DNA of 64,000 nucleotides from Macrostomum lignano (lineage: Eukaryota), in the NCBI GenBank assembly GCA_002269645.1, contig NIVC01001256.1, positions 186,001-250,000 of the forward strand, given 5' to 3'. Made by a program: the position numbers and the translations under genes. This document shows positions 63,165 through 64,000 of the stretch, in pieces. The notes under the pieces were generated by a model. That model saw only the letters and a program-made list of their open reading frames with translations, was not told the origin of the DNA and ran no database searches. Each line of letters opens with the position of its first letter. Position 1 is the first letter of the stretch.

Positions 63165-63592
63165 TGCTAATCTATTCCATAGTAAGCAGGATTAGAATGG
63201 ATTGCTAATCTATTCCATAGTAAGAAGGATTAGAATGGATTGCTAATATATTCCATAGTAAGCAGGATTATAATGGATCGCTAATCTATTCAATACTAGC
63301 AGGATTAGAATGGATTGCTAATCTATTCCAAGTAAGCAGGATTATAATGGATCGCTAATCTATTCAATATTAGCAGAGTTAGAATGGATTGCTAATCTAT
63401 TCCATAGTAAGCAGGATTATAATGGATCGCTAATCTATTCAATACTAGCAGGATTATAATGGATTGCTAATCTATTCAATATTAGCAGAGTTAGGATGGA
63501 TTGCTAATCTATTCCATAGTAAGCAGGATTAGAATGGATTGCTAATCTATTCCATAGTAAGCAGGATTAGAATGGACTGCTAATCTATTCAG
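63165..63592. repeat. About 38-bp minisatellite ATGGATTGCTAATCTATTCCATAGTAAGCAGGATTAGA
   Basis: About 11 copies. Confidence 0.92.
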
Positions 63593-64000
63593 TTTCGTGA
63601 ATTATAGGGCCGCCCAATCTTGAATATATTTCCAGAAGAACTTGCTGACTAATTAATCTACCAAAAGTAGCCTGCAGGGCTGCTCACTTCTGCATCAGCC
63701 GGTCAACCCGGCAGGCGGCGGGGTCAGCCAGGGAGCCAATTAGCCGCTCCCCTATTCCCCTGAGCTCGCACAGCTGAAGGGCGAAGCTGGTCCAGCCTGC
63801 CATTGTTGGGGAGATGCCCTCCTCCCAGTCTCCGATATCCGCTTCATCGGGAGGACAGGGGGGGGAGCTAGGGGGGCGGGCGGAAGCAACTGACGCCAAG
63901 AAAAAAGTTTGCGAAGAGGCTCCCTGACAGCGAGGCTTTCGCCAGCCCGGCAGAGACCGCGGGGGGGGGGAAGCCGGTCGGCCCTTCGCTGGTTGCCCGG

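Noticed and set aside
63684-63899. 71-aa minus-strand ORF ending near a possible donor (CAGAA|gtgagc) as a KIF26 5' exon
   Set aside because: No confident homology; cannot be linked in phase to the 60961 acceptor.

Overview
Eukaryotic (metazoan) genomic DNA with short GC-rich exons, GT-AG introns packed with unrelated minisatellites, and an AT-rich, transposon-littered intergenic region. The style resembles the flatworm Macrostomum (inference only). Five spliced genes can be reconstructed by hand: CaMKII (minus strand, 28477 to <1824, hub-domain exons lie off the left edge), a DDX19/DBP5 DEAD-box helicase (+), a LEKR1-like coiled-coil gene (+), a degenerate EF-hand neuronal-calcium-sensor-like gene (+), and a KIF26/kinesin-11-like gene (minus, 5' end not resolved). 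Most long ORFs in the supplied track are artefacts of tandem repeats or GC-rich antisense frames. Main findings: (1) CaMKII carries two phase-matched copies of the exon encoding the DFG motif and activation segment, and exactly one must be used to keep frame, i.e. candidate mutually exclusive exons inside the kinase domain; (2) five minimal type I hammerhead-ribozyme relics with covarying stems sit in Penelope-like element ends, decayed mostly at CpG sites; (3) an in-frame 201-nt intron in the KIF26-like gene would add a 59-Thr tract if retained, and the gene has an apparent 1-nt frameshift; (4) a candidate hydrophobic cassette exon in the CaMKII linker; (5) an NCS-fold protein with all calcium-binding loops degenerate. 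Gene coordinates come from manual splice-site and phase checks; repeat boundaries are approximate.
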